IMG/VR virus record: IMGVR_UViG_3300022693_003385 | Location: 1-5,064 of that record | DNA: 5,064 nucleotides | DNA from: a virus | Direction: 5' to 3' (one strand) | Part shown: positions 4,717-5,064 of the stretch, one piece after another | Layout: the number at the start of each line of letters is the position of its first letter | How positions within the stretch are numbered: the stretch's first letter is position 1 | The notes under the pieces: generated by a model | What the model was told of the DNA's origin: nothing | The model's database searches: none | The model's input: the letters and a program-made list of their open reading frames with translations, nothing else | Position numbers and translations under genes: made by a program

Positions 4717-4735
4717 GGGTGGGGTTCGGGGAGGG
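4717..4735 (+). other. G-quadruplex-capable motif GGGTGGGGTTCGGGGAGGG.
   Basis: There are four runs of at least 3 G separated by loops of 1, 3 and 1 nt. It sits on the plus strand of an AT-rich intergenic region, 32 nt upstream of the ATG at 4767. Confidence 0.6.
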
Positions 4736-4766
4736 TATTAAGAACCGATCGGGCTACGATGGGGAT

Positions 4767-5064
4767 ATGATGGAGAGCCTCTATATTATAGGAGTCATAA
4801 TCTTAGGTTTTGGGGTTATGGCTAAACTTTTACATGATCTTGCAAACCAAATAGACGAAGGATTAATAGAATTGGACGAAAAATTAGCATTAGCGATACA
4901 ATCAGTAGTTGAAAAAATACCGGGATTAGGAGATTCCGAGCCAATTAATCCGATCCAAATGGCTTTCGCGCAATTGATCGGAAATATGGCTCAACAAAAA
5001 CAAGTTATTATTCCTCCTAAAATAATTGAAAGAGACCAAAAAGGATTATTTGTTTCAAAAGACG
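4767..5064 (+). CDS. Small protein with an N-terminal membrane anchor. It is 100 aa in the circularised unit; the ORF runs off the window end and finishes at 147-149.
   Basis: Hand translation gives MMESLYIIGVIILGFGVMAKLLHDLANQIDEGLIELDEKLALAIQSVVEKIPGLGDSEPINPIQMAFAQLIGNMAQQKQVIIPPKIIERDQKGLFVSKD(E*). Residues about 5-22 are hydrophobic. The start is ATG 4767 or ATG 4770, the latter with GGGGAT 3 nt upstream. It is absent from the ORF track because it is truncated by the window edge. Confidence 0.7.
   Translation, partial: MMESLYIIGVIILGFGVMAKLLHDLANQIDEGLIELDEKLALAIQSVVEKIPGLGDSEPINPIQMAFAQLIGNMAQQKQVIIPPKIIERDQKGLFVSKD
4921..5064. repeat. Terminal direct repeat, copy 2, identical to 1..144.
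   Basis: Same exact 144-nt match. The window stops exactly where the identity would otherwise continue. Confidence 0.95.

Larger units (their letters stand above)
1..4920. mobile_element. One complete unit of a small circular (or concatemeric) virus-like, satellite-like or plasmid-like prokaryotic element.
   Basis: The unit length follows from the exact end overlap. It carries 11 tightly packed ORFs in two opposed modules with SD sites and structural-looking products. No chromosomal housekeeping genes are present. Confidence 0.7.

Noticed and set aside
4696-4770. 24-codon ORF (MIKIKRLGWGSGRVLRTDRATMGI) whose TGA overlaps the ATG at 4767, like a coupled leader peptide.
   Set aside because: It has no convincing SD, it is very short, and its sequence is dictated by the G-tract. 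I keep it only as an alternative explanation for the G-rich stretch.
1-5064. Scan for tRNA, rRNA, CRISPR arrays, integrase or att sites, and toxin-antitoxin pairs.
   Set aside because: I saw no cloverleaf-like or rRNA-like segments, no regularly spaced repeats, and no ORF of suitable size or motif content. There is nothing to report.

Overview
This window is a whole small replicon, not a slice of chromosome. Bases 1-144 are identical to 4921-5064, so the unique unit is 4,920 bp. It closes into a circle or was read from a head-to-tail concatemer. One ORF cut by the window edge is only complete when the ends are joined.

The unit is AT-rich (roughly 40% G+C by eye, not computed) and gene-dense, with two modules.

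The plus-strand module runs from 4767 across the junction to 3635. In order it encodes:
- a 100-aa protein with an N-terminal membrane anchor;
- a 141-aa protein with an arginine-rich N-terminus;
- a 228-aa low-charge, beta-looking protein (candidate capsid);
- a 53-aa basic protein that is missing from the ORF track;
- a 72-aa protein that is a stand-alone paralogue of the N-terminal domain of the next gene;
- a 460-aa tail-fibre/spike-like protein with a Gly linker and internal repeats;
- a 148-aa membrane protein with a Pro/Tyr-rich tail.
Most of these genes have GGTGAT or GGAGAT Shine-Dalgarno sites 3-5 nt before the ATG.

The minus-strand module runs from 4573 to 3703. It holds four tiny abutting or overlapping genes of 39, 62, 80 and 107 aa. 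Three of them are Cys-rich; the 39- and 62-aa products carry CxxC pairs and the 80-aa product a CxC-x3-C cluster.

The modules diverge at a 193-bp intergenic region (4574-4766). This region holds a promoter-like element, four back-to-back short hairpins and a canonical G-quadruplex motif. The modules converge on a nested inverted repeat at 3645-3688.

I see no recognisable replication initiator, polymerase, integrase, terminase, portal, tRNA, rRNA or CRISPR array. My best reading is a minimal virus-like, or satellite/plasmid-like, prokaryotic element of an unfamiliar type. All functional calls come from reading motifs by eye; no searches were run.
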